DNA of 62,270 nucleotides, taken from assembly GCF_031769215.1 (NCBI RefSeq), contig NW_026782068.1, positions 930,001-992,270 on the forward strand, given 5' to 3'. The stretch is from Ylistrum balloti (taxonomy: Eukaryota). A program made the translations under genes and the position numbers. Shown here piece by piece: positions 14,401-25,708 of the stretch; positions within the stretch are counted from its first letter, which is position 1, and every line of letters begins with the position of its first letter. The notes under the pieces are model-generated. The model did no database searches. It was not told the origin of the DNA and worked only from the letters and a program-made list of their open reading frames with translations.

Positions 14401-16453
14401 AATGATTAATTACATGATTAATATTGATATGTACTGGAAGTGCAATTTTAATGAAAACATCAATTTTATTTTTTAAAGAATTTTGTTTTTTATTGCAGAG
14501 CAATGAAGTGAAATCAAGCTGTCACATGGAAAAAGGGGGATTAGCACGGAGTGTGAAATTTGTGATGGACCATGGGTTAGAGGTCAACACCCTGGTGACA
14601 GACAGACATGTCCAAATAAGGAAGCGGGTTCGTGAGAACATGGCCGGTACAAAACATTGCATAGATGTCTGGCATGTTGCAAAAGGTATGCTGAAGACAA
14701 GCCAAATTTATAGAATGTTTTTTAATTTTTTATATCTTATAGACAGAATCTTTTAAAAGCGGTCTTTTAAAAAAAATTGTTGTTTTTACTCGGTATGTTT
14801 AGTTTGTCTGTGATCCATCTTTGTTAAGCCATATAAGTCATGTTAAATTATTTGATTTTTAGAATGATATACAAACGATAATATTATTAACATTATTAAT
14901 TTTATATGCTGCCTTTCCATAACAACCAACTGATTTAAATGTTTGATCAGTTTATCCACTCATAAACAGCATTATTTACAACGAAATTTAATTACACAGC
15001 CATAACATAATCTTGTTACACAGACTTGTTTTATCCAGGCTTAAAAAAGAAATTGCTCAGCATCTCGAAAGAGGAAGACTGTGAGGAGATCCATGATTGG
15101 ATAAAAAGCATTTCCAACCATTTGTACTGGGTGGCGGCCTCTACTCCAAATGCTGATCCTGAAACCATGTGGCAGAAGTGGGCTTCCTTGGAGAAGCACA
15201 TCCAAAATATCCACGAAGGACACGGAACCAAGTTCCCTCATTGCCTCCATCCCAATCTCAATGGACGGGAAAGAAGGAGGAAATGGTTAAAACCAGGTAG
15301 AATATCTTATGATATTGGAGAAGACTTTATGAATACCGGTTCAAAGATATTCCAATCATTTCAGAAATACCAACATTTCAACCGAATCATAATCTAAACT
15401 CAAAGTCAATTAAACCAGGGCAAAACATGAACAAAAGAAAGATTTACACTGAGACTCCTGAAAAATTACAAGGACAATAAGACCAGGTGTTCCGAAAGTT
15501 ATTTTTGTTAGTATAATAGAGTGGATTTTACCATGCAACCTTTTTCAATTTTGATTTGTAACATTTTCAAATTTTATGCTTATTTTTTTTCCTCTTTAAT
15601 CATTACCAGGGACAAAAAGCATGGTCCAGATAGAAAAAAATTATCGATTCGAGGCAAATGAGACTGGACATCCCAATGCTGTCCACAAAATACCAGACAT
15701 CAGAGGTTGAGGGATACCATTCGGTAATCAACCAATTTGCCCCCAAAATGCATTGGTTTTCCTTCAATGGAATGAAGTGCAGGTAACTACAATTTGTATT
15801 TATTTGTTACTAGGAAAATTCCACTACACAATTGTAAAAGAAAGAATGAAGTAAAATATAGATGGTTTAGGATAAAGAAAGACATGGCCATTTCTTTTTA
15901 TTGAATTATAGAATTTTTCTATTTGTTTTATTTTGGACTTATGCTTATTTTTTTAAAAATTTATTTGAAGGCTCATTTTAGCTGCATTCCATTTCAATGA
16001 AAACAGTGGCAGAGAGCAGGCTCAAACAAAACAAGGGGATCTATGCTATAAGGTTACATTTCCCAAACACAAGAAAGGCGGTTATACCCTGAGGGAAGAC
16101 AAAACTGAATCAACATTTAGTAAGTTTAAAATTATTTATTCACAATGAACACAAGCATATAGAAAATATGGGACATGTATGTCACTACAAATCAAGTAAC
16201 ATTTGTAAATTTACAGTTTATCATTCCAAAACCAACCAGAATATAAGGTACAAATACATTGCATTTTCTGTTCACAGATTATGCCAAGGTCCTGATTGAC
16301 AGTGTTATGTCGAGGACAGAAAATGTGAGCATATTACAGTCATCTCGGGAACTTCAAGAAAATGCTCCCCAACCCCTGTGCAGTTCGTTTGAAAGACCAG
16401 ATAAACAGGATGCAGTATGACTGTTTCAGTCCAGATTTTGTCAATTTGAATAA
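11414..16453 (+). pseudogene. Kolobok THAP-DDE transposase, multi-exon, disrupted
   Basis: Exon 1 (11414-11810) is a THAP domain: KRCAAYGC...HAFP...W...LCSKHF...AVPTI, with in-frame TGA near 11429 and a frameshift near 11670. Core exons 13721-14245 (ICEDGRCDTPGHSAKFG), 14500-14685 (LVTDRH...DVWHVAK), 15040-15296, 15610-15782 (TSEVEGYHS after an A-run frameshift), 15972-16119 and 16278-16453 (premature TGA 16418). Boundaries of the middle exons between 12160 and 13320 are approximate. Confidence 0.85.
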
Positions 16454-18036
16454 TTGAACCCTGTGTACTTGTCATCTTCAGCAGGAAAAGTTCTCCTAAT
16501 CAGTGAAACAGCACATGATGGAAGAGGAACTCTCACATTTTCCCCTAAGAATCCCCAACACCAACGAGCCAGTTGTGTGTCTGTATCGCCTGGAAAAATA
16601 ATGTGTTATGTTTATTAATTAAAAAATACATTTATATAAATTTTGATATAAAAAGGCAATAGTAAGATAATAAACCTAATGGCCTTGACAATTTACATTC
16701 AACAGCATTAATTACAAACATTATCAAAAGCTTGCAAGTATATATTTGTATATTTGCCTGGTAATAAGCCCACCCATGTCATTTTCATATTCAATGTCCT
16801 ATATAAACTATATCCCTGCATAAGCCCACCCAAACTATTGATCCAATGTTAAAAACTGAACCCTGTGCTTATTGCAGGTTAAATACGGTAGATGACCGTG
16901 AATAACAAACACTTACTTCAAACTTTCTGGTATATTCCCATTGTGGTACTGTCTGTAGCCTTCATATGCTGTTCTCAACACAAAGATGTCCAAACAAACT
17001 GTTTGAAATCCTGGATGGTCAGTGATACATCTTATACCATCTACTTCATCACGGACATGCTTTACCTGGGATATCTCCTCGCAACACACACATTCTGATG
17101 TAGTTGGCATTAGTTGGCATCTGTTGCATTGGCACCTGAATAATATGAAGACTGGATTGTTACAGTTGTTTCCTATTAAAAAGCATTAAATTGTCACACT
17201 TGTTATTTATTGATGTTTTTAGTTATGAACATGTAAGATCTCCAACATGAGATGAAAAAGGTATAGACTTACAGATGGCCTAATTATACATTAGGGGACC
17301 AATTCCAAGCATGAAATAAATTGAATGGACCAAAGATTTTTTTGGCGACCTCCAACTGTATAAAGTTCACGATCGTGGAAAAGTTATTGAAGTTTACAAT
17401 TAAAGTTTGTGTTTGCTTTCAATATTTAAAATTTCAAACATGTTTTATGTATTCTTAAAAAAATTGATATGAATGAATTTTAAGTTTGATTGTTGATTAA
17501 ATAAAAGTATATTTGTTAGTTTGATATTTTGTTATTAATTCTACAACTTAACACAAAATTGACAGGCTAGCCTGTTGCTTTGGCGGTCATTGGAATATTA
17601 CTCCTTCGCAATTGTGACCGCCTAATACACGGAGTAGGCCTAGTCGTGAATGTTTGCATAGTCTTGCACAAACGCGATCTCCCGACATCAGAAACTGTTG
17701 ATCGAGAGTTAAAGATAGTAAAATTAGTCCAAAAGCACACCCAATTTTATTTTGTTTCTTTGAAACGACGATTCACTGTTAGATGCATACATTCACGACT
17801 TCTGGTGAGGCCTAGTAAAGTACGTACCAATCTATGTTGCCCAAGCGATCGTCACTTTCCGAAGGGTTATTTTCCTCCTCACTGGATACATCCTCTTGTA
17901 ATTCCGGTTCAAATCGGTAGGGCTGGATTCCGTCTTCAGAAATATCATCCACACCATAATCAGGCTCCTCAAAACTCATGTTTAAATCGCTATCAGATGG
18001 GGTGTCGTTGTCACTGTCGGTCATGTTGGCTGCCAT
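16441..18036 (-). pseudogene. KolX (second Kolobok gene; Cys-rich, resembling the P2X7 cytoplasmic ballast domain), frameshifted
   Basis: Exons 18036-17828, 17135-16917 and 16589-16441 with GT-AG sites in phase. Acidic N-terminus, WCQCNRC...ECVCCEE...CITDHPGFQTVCL, then QLARWCWGFLGENVRVPLPSCAVSLIRRTFP. Frameshift just after KRYRH near 16575. Confidence 0.8.
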
Positions 18037-18237
18037 TTCTGTTGAACTTATGACGTCACGAGTAGAAGAGCCTCGATTCCGCGGAAATGACGATTCGGCT
18101 GATTAGGTCTTGGCGGACAGGTGAAAATCGACAACTTTGAGCTTTAATTACTCGACACTGGGGCGATGGATTTTGACGAGGTTTTTGTTATTATTGATTT
18201 TACGGCATTCTTAACATTATATCTAAATATAAAATTA

Positions 18238-18252
18238 CTCTCAGGGTACACT
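18238..18252 (-). repeat. Kolobok right TIR
   Basis: CTCTCAGGGTACACT followed by TTAA; exact reverse complement of 11051-11065. Confidence 0.92.
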
Positions 18253-18401
18253 TTAATTTCAGAAACACCCGTGTGAAGCTCTGGTCAACCGATGCCCGCG
18301 AGCTACATGATTGGTCAGTAATAATGAATTCAGAACGTTATCTGGTTATACAGTACAGGCAATACGCAGAAAATTACGGTGACAATTTGAGAAGTCAAAT
18401 T

Positions 18402-20797
18402 TTAAAAACAGTAATTTAATATGTCAGTACTAAAAATACACCCGCTCCTTATGATGAATTTGACATATGCTGCCTTAATAAACACATCATTTTCTCTCTT
18501 TTTCTGACTTTTGATTTTATGACCAGTTCTTTCATTTTTGTTTTTTAATTTCTCTACTGACATGTTCTCAATCTCTGTGTCTGTGTTAGGATACAATGTG
18601 GCTGCTTCTTTAATTTGTTCAGTTATATTTTTTCGTTTTTGTTGCCTAATTGCTACGATTTCACTCTCCCAATAATGTAATTTTCTTTTCACATAAGAAC
18701 GTTTTATTCGACAGTTTTCATCTTTCAGTTGTTCTACCCTCTTTCTAACTTTTAATGGATCGACAGTTGCATCGTGTTTGTTCGTACGTGATTGGTGTAC
18801 CCTTTTCAGATCATCATTGACTTTTTCAACCCCTTGTCCGCAATACATACTCAAATTTCCGTATTCGGACGCAAAAAAGGTATATGATATATCAAACAAT
18901 GTAGGTAAGGGGTAATATTGCTATAGCCCACACGTAGTCTACCTAGTGCAAAAAACCCATCAACCCATGTTTTACATTTTTGGAAAACAGTTTCGACCGA
19001 GGTCGCTCCAGAAACTTCATGAACAAATAGTTGTAAAGAACCAAAAAATCATTCCAAAGTTTAGTAGTTTGATCAAGAGTTTGTCTGTGAATACAGAATA
19101 ACAGTTTTCCTGGTAGGAAATCTAAAAGTAATTTATAGTCGCTTCCTGTTAGTGACGTCCAGTCAATTTCACCACTGGTTCCTTTTTTCGACCAAATATT
19201 GAAAGACACCCCACACTCGTTTATCCTAGTAACCAAATCGTCCAGGTTGCTAGACGATGCGCCCAAAACTTTGTTTTTATCATCTAAAGACTTTGCGTCG
19301 TCTATTAAATTCCTAAGAAGTATGTCACATATTCTCAGCAACAAGTGTAACAGGTCAGGGATCATGTGATCATGTTCTATTGAAATAAGTGGGGGATTAA
19401 TAACTCCAAACTGATATTTGAAATACCCGTTTTAAATCATGGATATTGCGCACCATCGTGCCAGTGTGGTAAAAATTGTGTGGTTTTGATAGATCACAAC
19501 GATCCTCTTTACTAATTTTGCACCAAGGACATGAATACATGGACAGAGAGCCACCTAAACCTAAAACAATCTGGAGGAATTTTATGTCACTTCCAAAAAA
19601 CAGTTCTACTTCTACATTTCTGTCATCAAATGTAATTTTCTTTTCTGAAGATATTTTATTGATCTCGTCGAAAAGTGGTCCAAATGCATTTCTGATGCTG
19701 ATATAACTTTCACTACAGTTAGCAATGCCTACGACAATTTGGTCCAAAGAAGATTGGATTGCAGAATCAGTTATCACAAAAAATGAAATGACAACAAAAT
19801 TTGAAATTCTGCTTACTTTTGAACCATCGCCAGATAATTTGACAGTGATTTTGTCTTGGTTAATTTTCTCCGATTTTATAATTCTTTGCAATTCTGATTC
19901 AAAGCTGATGTAGGCACCGGGGATGTTTCCTGGGGTTCTCATTATGTGAAAAATAGAATGTATGTCCTCTCGACATTGGCCGATTAGAAACGTTGTTGGC
20001 ATGTCGCCGACATACATAGAAAGTTCATGATAAGCTTTATCGGAAACTCCATTTTTTTCTAAAATGAACACAGGTTCTTTAAGTTTGTGTTTGTCCTGAC
20101 TGCTGAGGTTTGAATAGGTTTGTTTGTGATCTAGTGAATTTAAGTTTATTCTGACAGTTTCACCAGTTGTCGACTCTACTTGAAGAGATTTGGGTAGCAA
20201 ACCATAAGATTCAGCAAACCATAGTGCCTTTTCAGCTTTTGATTTTATTTCTTTTGTTTTTCTGGGAGATTGAGTCATAGGTTTTTCCGACAGTAGGATT
20301 TTTAGTGACTGAGTTTTTTGATAAGTTTTGCTCCAAGGTTTGAACATAGACCAGAAGATTTGAACATAGACCAGAAGATTTGTATTTTCTATGCTTAGCT
20401 CTTCCTGTTTACACTTACTTTTCTCTACTAAATTTGATTTCAGCAATACTTGCTGTTGCAAATCTTTGAGTAATTCCAGACAGTCCATTTCCCTACTGAC
20501 ATTTGCATGATTAAATTCTCTTAGTTTTAAATCAAGATCCCGGATGTTTTCCAGTTCATCATTAAAAACTGATAATACATGTTCAGTGCTGTCAAATTGC
20601 TGTCGTTGTTTGCCATTCCTGTGTTGGGTTTTGTATAGAATTGAAATTTTGGATGATTTCTTTCTAAGCCTTTCTTCTAATCTAATAGAGGGTTTTAATT
20701 GAAATGATTTTATTTGGGAATTTACTATGTCAATGTACGACAACTCTGGAAATTTGTCTTTGTTTGTTTGCAATTCTTTATAGAATTTACTGTTCAT
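18402..20797 (-). pseudogene. RAG1/Transib-like DDE transposase, frameshifted (approx. 750 aa when stitched)
   Basis: Ordered motifs KLSGDG (D, 19826-28), GSDIK (D, 19586-88), YSCPWC, IPDLLHLLLRI, ITPYLHCLIYHIP and GQGVEKVND (E, 18825-27). These parallel RAG1 SCDG / YDEK / YICTLC / DALH / TNYFHKTLAHVP / SEGNESGN (recalled from memory). Frameshifts near 19430, 19025 and 18875. Confidence 0.8.
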
Positions 20798-21127
20798 TGA
20801 AAGGGAAAGCTTAACCTATGTTTCTTTTTGTTACACAGGGTGAAGGCCCGCACACTGAAACCTCTTAATAAAATAATGGTCATACCTCTCTGTTGTATCA
20901 CTCATGTTTGAAGTTGACTCTAGTGACACACTGATAAAAAGCAAATAAACTGTAACAACAGAAAATATCATGCTACATGAAATATATACACACTACATTA
21001 CACACACATGAAAATATTTTGCAATGATGTACTTCTACACATTTTGTTCAACATAATATATGAAAGGGTATTTGTCCGTGAAACTAAATCCTACAGAATT
21101 GTACGCGTTGTATTGATTTATTATAGT

Positions 21128-23994
21128 CTAAACGTTAAAAGGTTCAACTGCGGAAGTAAGGACCAGTCTCTCATGAGGGACGAACTTCACAGTTGGTGTC
21201 ATGCTGCCATTCACGACGAAAATCTTTTTCATTCTTAACTTCCCCTGTATTCTAATTGGAAATGACAGTTGAAGACGTTTCCCTTACAGTTGATTTTATA
21301 GTACCAGTTTTCAGGCAATGGTAGCTTAGCGAAATCATTTTTGTTCACCAAAACAATATTTTCTACTCCGAAACAATATCTGAACACATCCAACTGAAAT
21401 GGTAGTACGATTTTGCAATTTCTCGTTGATAACCGCTGTTGAACGGCATTCTCGAAAGCACTTGCTGAAGCTTCTAATCTTTCGTGACTAACAGGCGAAA
21501 CGTAAGTTTCTAATATGTCTGATGGGATGAGATTCTCTGGTTCCCATGTACTTTCGGCTTTGTTGTAATCCAGCCATTTCACAAGAAATATGGGGCCATC
21601 CTGTAAGAAAGATTAATTAAGTTAAGCGGTTGTGGCATCATATAAATGTTGGTGTCAATTTTAAGATTAAACAAGACACACCCAAAATTAATCGACAGTA
21701 TTATCGAAACAACATTCTTTTATTACCTTAGGCCTTCCGGCCTATCAGTCACAAAAACAATATAAACAAATTACAGCATGGCGTAACATACATATATTGA
21801 GAATGACATATAATATCCCTGTATTTCATACTTAATATCTTATGTGATTATTACTTAATATCTAATTATGTGTCATTTCTTAACTTAGTTGCCCCATATA
21901 TACACTTTCCTCGAGAACACAATTCCTTAATACTTTCAACTCTCAATAACTGAACCAATTTAAAAACAGATGGCCTATTCCAGTAATAACGTTTGATACA
22001 CTTTTCCCTTAAATCTCTCTACCTGTTGCATTCAAAAATAAAATTATGCTTATCCTCCACCTGTCCGGTATTACACATATTACAAAAACGTCTTTGTCTT
22101 CGGGCATTATCACATCGACCAGATTTAATAGTTAAACAATGTGTTGACAAAGGTATGTTAGTGAGACAAGTTCTAGATTCGTTTGGAATATATTTAGTAA
22201 GATAAAAAGGTCAGGTGATACTATCCACAATATGTTTATATATATTCGACGATGACTAGTATTGTTGGGCTTGATAAAAAAAAATCTCTGCTTTATTTCA
22301 GGCAAAATATTGTCTGCATAATTTGCATACTTTTTTTGGTGTACCCATACATATCCGAAACCAAGTGACAAAATTTCATTTTTTATAAAAGTAACTCAAT
22401 TAAATACAAAGCTATATACAAATCGCTGTTCTGTTACTGTCATATAATTTGAATTGAATTCTTCAGTCGTGATTAATTTTGTTTTTGCTAATAAGCTGTA
22501 GGTACGTTTCTGATGCCCCGCTGCACTTTTGGGAATTTTGACACAAATAAACAATAGACGGGTAGTGTCAGAAGATAACCGCCTGGAGCGATTTACCTCT
22601 GAGTTGGGAAGGACATGACAGAACTAACGTTACTACTGTTATTTGGATTAACCCGGAGTTCTAGCTAGATGGGTATACCTCCCAGGCATTTTAAAAGCAC
22701 ACATGTACCTCTTTGAATGTAAAAGTACGTAAGTCAATACAATGTATTGAACAAAATTAGGTTAATGGCGAATGATGCAAATCGTTACGGTTTTTGAATG
22801 AAATTTCATCTTTTTTTTAATAACAAATACAATCTATTACCACAGCCATATAAACACTTGCATATCTGTCTCTGCGTTTACACGTGCATGCACTGATTTA
22901 TATTTCTGCTTCTACGAAGGATCGGAAATGGAAAATGTACCTTTTGATGTCACTAGAGTAAACACCCGACCACTAACAGCTATATATTCGTAGGGGTTCC
23001 CAAACAATGGTGATATAATATTATATAATTAATATCTTTTCAAACCGAATATTTTTTTCCTATTAAGATACTGCTTGTTTAATATGAAAAAAAAATCAAA
23101 CCTATTTATTAAGATTTGAGTAATTGATTAAAGAAAAATACACAACAATTTACACAACTCCACTATACGCATGCGCTGGACCGACTGGACTTACCTATGT
23201 TTTTATAGCACATATATAAAAATATGATTATTTGAAAGTGGGCAACTCGTTCGCCGAAAGGGTGTGCAAGTGTCCCGCTGATTACGAACTACCCTGAAAC
23301 TGTTAGTTGGAGTAGTAGGGAAGTGCCCGATGGACGACGTCCTTTGAGGGATGGGCACTTATTACATAACAGTATCGTTATATAAGTAACACCCTTTAAA
23401 TAAAATTTTATAGAAAGTATATACTGCATGTATGGGGTTGAAAATCCTAGATATAAGTATTGAACGCTAGGTCTGACAATTAAATGCTTATAGATTAATT
23501 GATGATCGATTAGAAATATGTAAAAATAGAAATAGATACGAATGAAGAGGTTGTGTGTGAATTTAATGCGTGCAATTTTTTATCGGTCCGGCAAACTAAA
23601 CAATAGGTCCTATTTTCGATAAATAAAAAAAAATGCTGTGCTAAACTTTGATAAATATATCAACTCGTAAGTCTATAAACAGACGGACGTAATTCTTAAG
23701 TCATCGCTAAATAATACTAAAAAAAATGTCACTATTTTGAAATTAAAAAAGTATGTGTTTATAAATATGGAGCTGTGATTTTACCATCATGTAAACAAAA
23801 ATAAAGAGTAATTAGAAGTAAAAGAAAAATATTCTTACCTCATCTGTTTTTCTTTTCTGTATCAGTCTTTCAACGTTGTACAGATCAGGCAAAATTTCGG
23901 GTCTGGTAATCTTTTCTTTTCTTAAACTGATACGTCCGCCTTCATGAAGAGCTTTGTAGTCCTTTCGGAGTGTGGTACGCAAATGGTGAGACAT
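21128..23994 (-). pseudogene. Two-exon chromodomain protein gene (~210 aa), one frameshift
   Basis: Exon 1 23994-23839 (donor GAG|gtaaga) joins in phase 0 to exon 2 starting at 21600 (ttacag|GAT), giving LYNVERLIQKRKTDE|DGPIFLVKWLDYNKAESTWEPENLIP, a canonical chromodomain. Frameshift near 21275, then LQLSFPIRIQGKLRMKK...EPFNV*. Confidence 0.75.
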
Positions 23995-24559
23995 CTTGAG
24001 ATCAGTGATATTTTGAAACCTTTAACATGTACCCGGTTTATACACTGACTGACATTTTGAGTGAGTAGTGTCATTTATAAAAACACTGTCACTGAAAACG
24101 CTTAACAAAGCGTTCATATAGGTAATCATAACAAGCATGGTTTCTTCACCGCCTTCTGGTCAGACACGACAGTGATATACATGTCAAACAAGTGACAACA
24201 TCATTGAAACAATAGGAAAAGGATAATAGTAGTTAATGAAGTCAGATAAGCCTAACTCGTATCAATGAAATCATACGCATTTAATTCTTTATTCACAAAT
24301 TAACATTACTTAAAAATTGGATTACTTCTTGGATTGTTTAAATGTTGTTAATTACTGAAAATTCATTAAGTGCCATTATTTACGTTACGTTATTAATCAT
24401 AAAGCGCTTAAAGCAGAAAATATCCGACGATAAGATGGCATGATCTTTTTAAAATTTAAAGTAAGTCTGCTTTCTAAATCATGAAATGTTTGAATGTGGG
24501 AATTCATGTAATATCAATAATTTCCATTTAGCAATAATGAAAGTGTTAATGATAAAATA

Positions 24560-25060
24560 ATTCATACAATTGTAAAATCTGTTTATTCTGCCTAATTATA
24601 TGTGGGCATAATATACTTTTATTTAATGAAATTATCCTTCATTTATACACCACACTATCTAAAACACGCAGCCGCGTGTAAATTCAACGCAGGCGTAAGA
24701 TAGATATTCACTTAGTAAATATAATGTCAAATTGAAGCAAGAAAAAAATTCTTTATATTCAAAATAATATATACCATTGTAAAGCTTGTTTATTCTTCTA
24801 CCTAGCTATATGCGGGCATAAGATATAAAATTAATATTTAATTAAATAATTAATAATTAAATAATAACAACTTTTATAACCCACGCTAGCTACAAATTAT
24901 GGCCGTAAGCACTGAACAGTCTAGTAATAAGATAGAAAGGAATACGCTAGGTAAAATATGTCAAATGGAAGTAAGAAAAATATTCTTTATGTTAAAATAA
25001 TTTATACCATAGTAAAGCTTGTTTATTCTCCTACCTAGCTATATGCGGGCATAAGGTAAA
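24560..25060. repeat. Degenerate tandem repeat, ~210-233 bp period, ~2.3 copies
   Basis: Recurrent block ..TTGTTTATTCT..CCTA..TATATG(C/T)GGGCATAA with anchors at 24601, 24811 and 25044. Confidence 0.6.
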
Positions 25061-25556
25061 AAAATAACAGTTAGTTTAATAATTTAACCTTAGTGCACCA
25101 CTTTCGCGCTTCTCAAACAGTATCTTATATAGTACCGTCACTCGGTTAACAGCGGACATAGCACAAAGTGTTATCGAGTAAGGTGAGAAGAAAAGTTGCC
25201 CATGGATACTTTTCAAAATATTGTGATTGAGACATGTAGTTCCAATTAATATTTGATTATCATTTTTTAATGGATAAGTACATTTCTGCCATCGCTTTAC
25301 ATATATTTCAGATAATACTGGATCAGGTTTACATCATTTAACTAAAATTGATATTTCTTACATAATGATTATTACCAAAATCAAAATTGATATTTCTTTT
25401 TTAATGATTATCCTCAAAATCACTGTAAAGTACTGTGAAATTATACCAAATATTACCATTTCAAGGTACAATATTCTTTATTGAGAAAGTTTTGAACATT
25501 TTTACACTGTAAGCTACAGAAAAGTGATCAGTCAGTACAGAGATATTACCAGCCCT

Positions 25557-25708
25557 TTAAAACAATACAAAAAGACAAATTCAAATTATATAACTTTAAT
25601 TGATTTAGATATAATCTCAATTCACAATATTCCCCCGTAAATATGGAACATTAATGACCACAGCTCTTTACCCAACTATTACTAGATCCTGAGGGGGTTC
25701 TCACTTTC
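25557..25708 (-). repeat. Ngaro split repeat B2
   Basis: Near-identical to 26549-26700 (TTAAAACAATACAAA...CTGAGGGGGTTCTCACTTTC). Confidence 0.9.

Larger units (their letters stand above)
11051..18252 (+). mobile_element. Full-length, inactive Kolobok DNA transposon (7.2 kb)
   Basis: Perfect 15-bp TIRs AGTGTACCCTGAGAG / CTCTCAGGGTACACT. TTAA TSD at 11047-11050 and 18253-18256. RR...YY termini. THAP+DDE transposase on plus and a convergent Cys-rich second gene on minus, which is the established Kolobok organisation. Confidence 0.9.

Noticed and set aside
23236-23360. H/ACA snoRNA interpretation of the intronic hairpin (ACA follows the stem)
   Set aside because: The hairpin is too short (~30 nt) and there is no ANANNA H-box.
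23161-24174. CAC-starting motifs (CACTATA at 23161; CACTGTC on minus at 24174) as Transib/RSS-like ends
   Set aside because: No matching partner end was found at the other side of the transposase.
10576-25210. Imperfect inverted match ATCCAT...AACTTTTCT.CTC.CC between ~10576 and ~25180 as possible TIRs of the RAG-like element
   Set aside because: About 20/26 identity in AT-rich DNA is near chance expectation; terminal bases disagree and there is no TSD.
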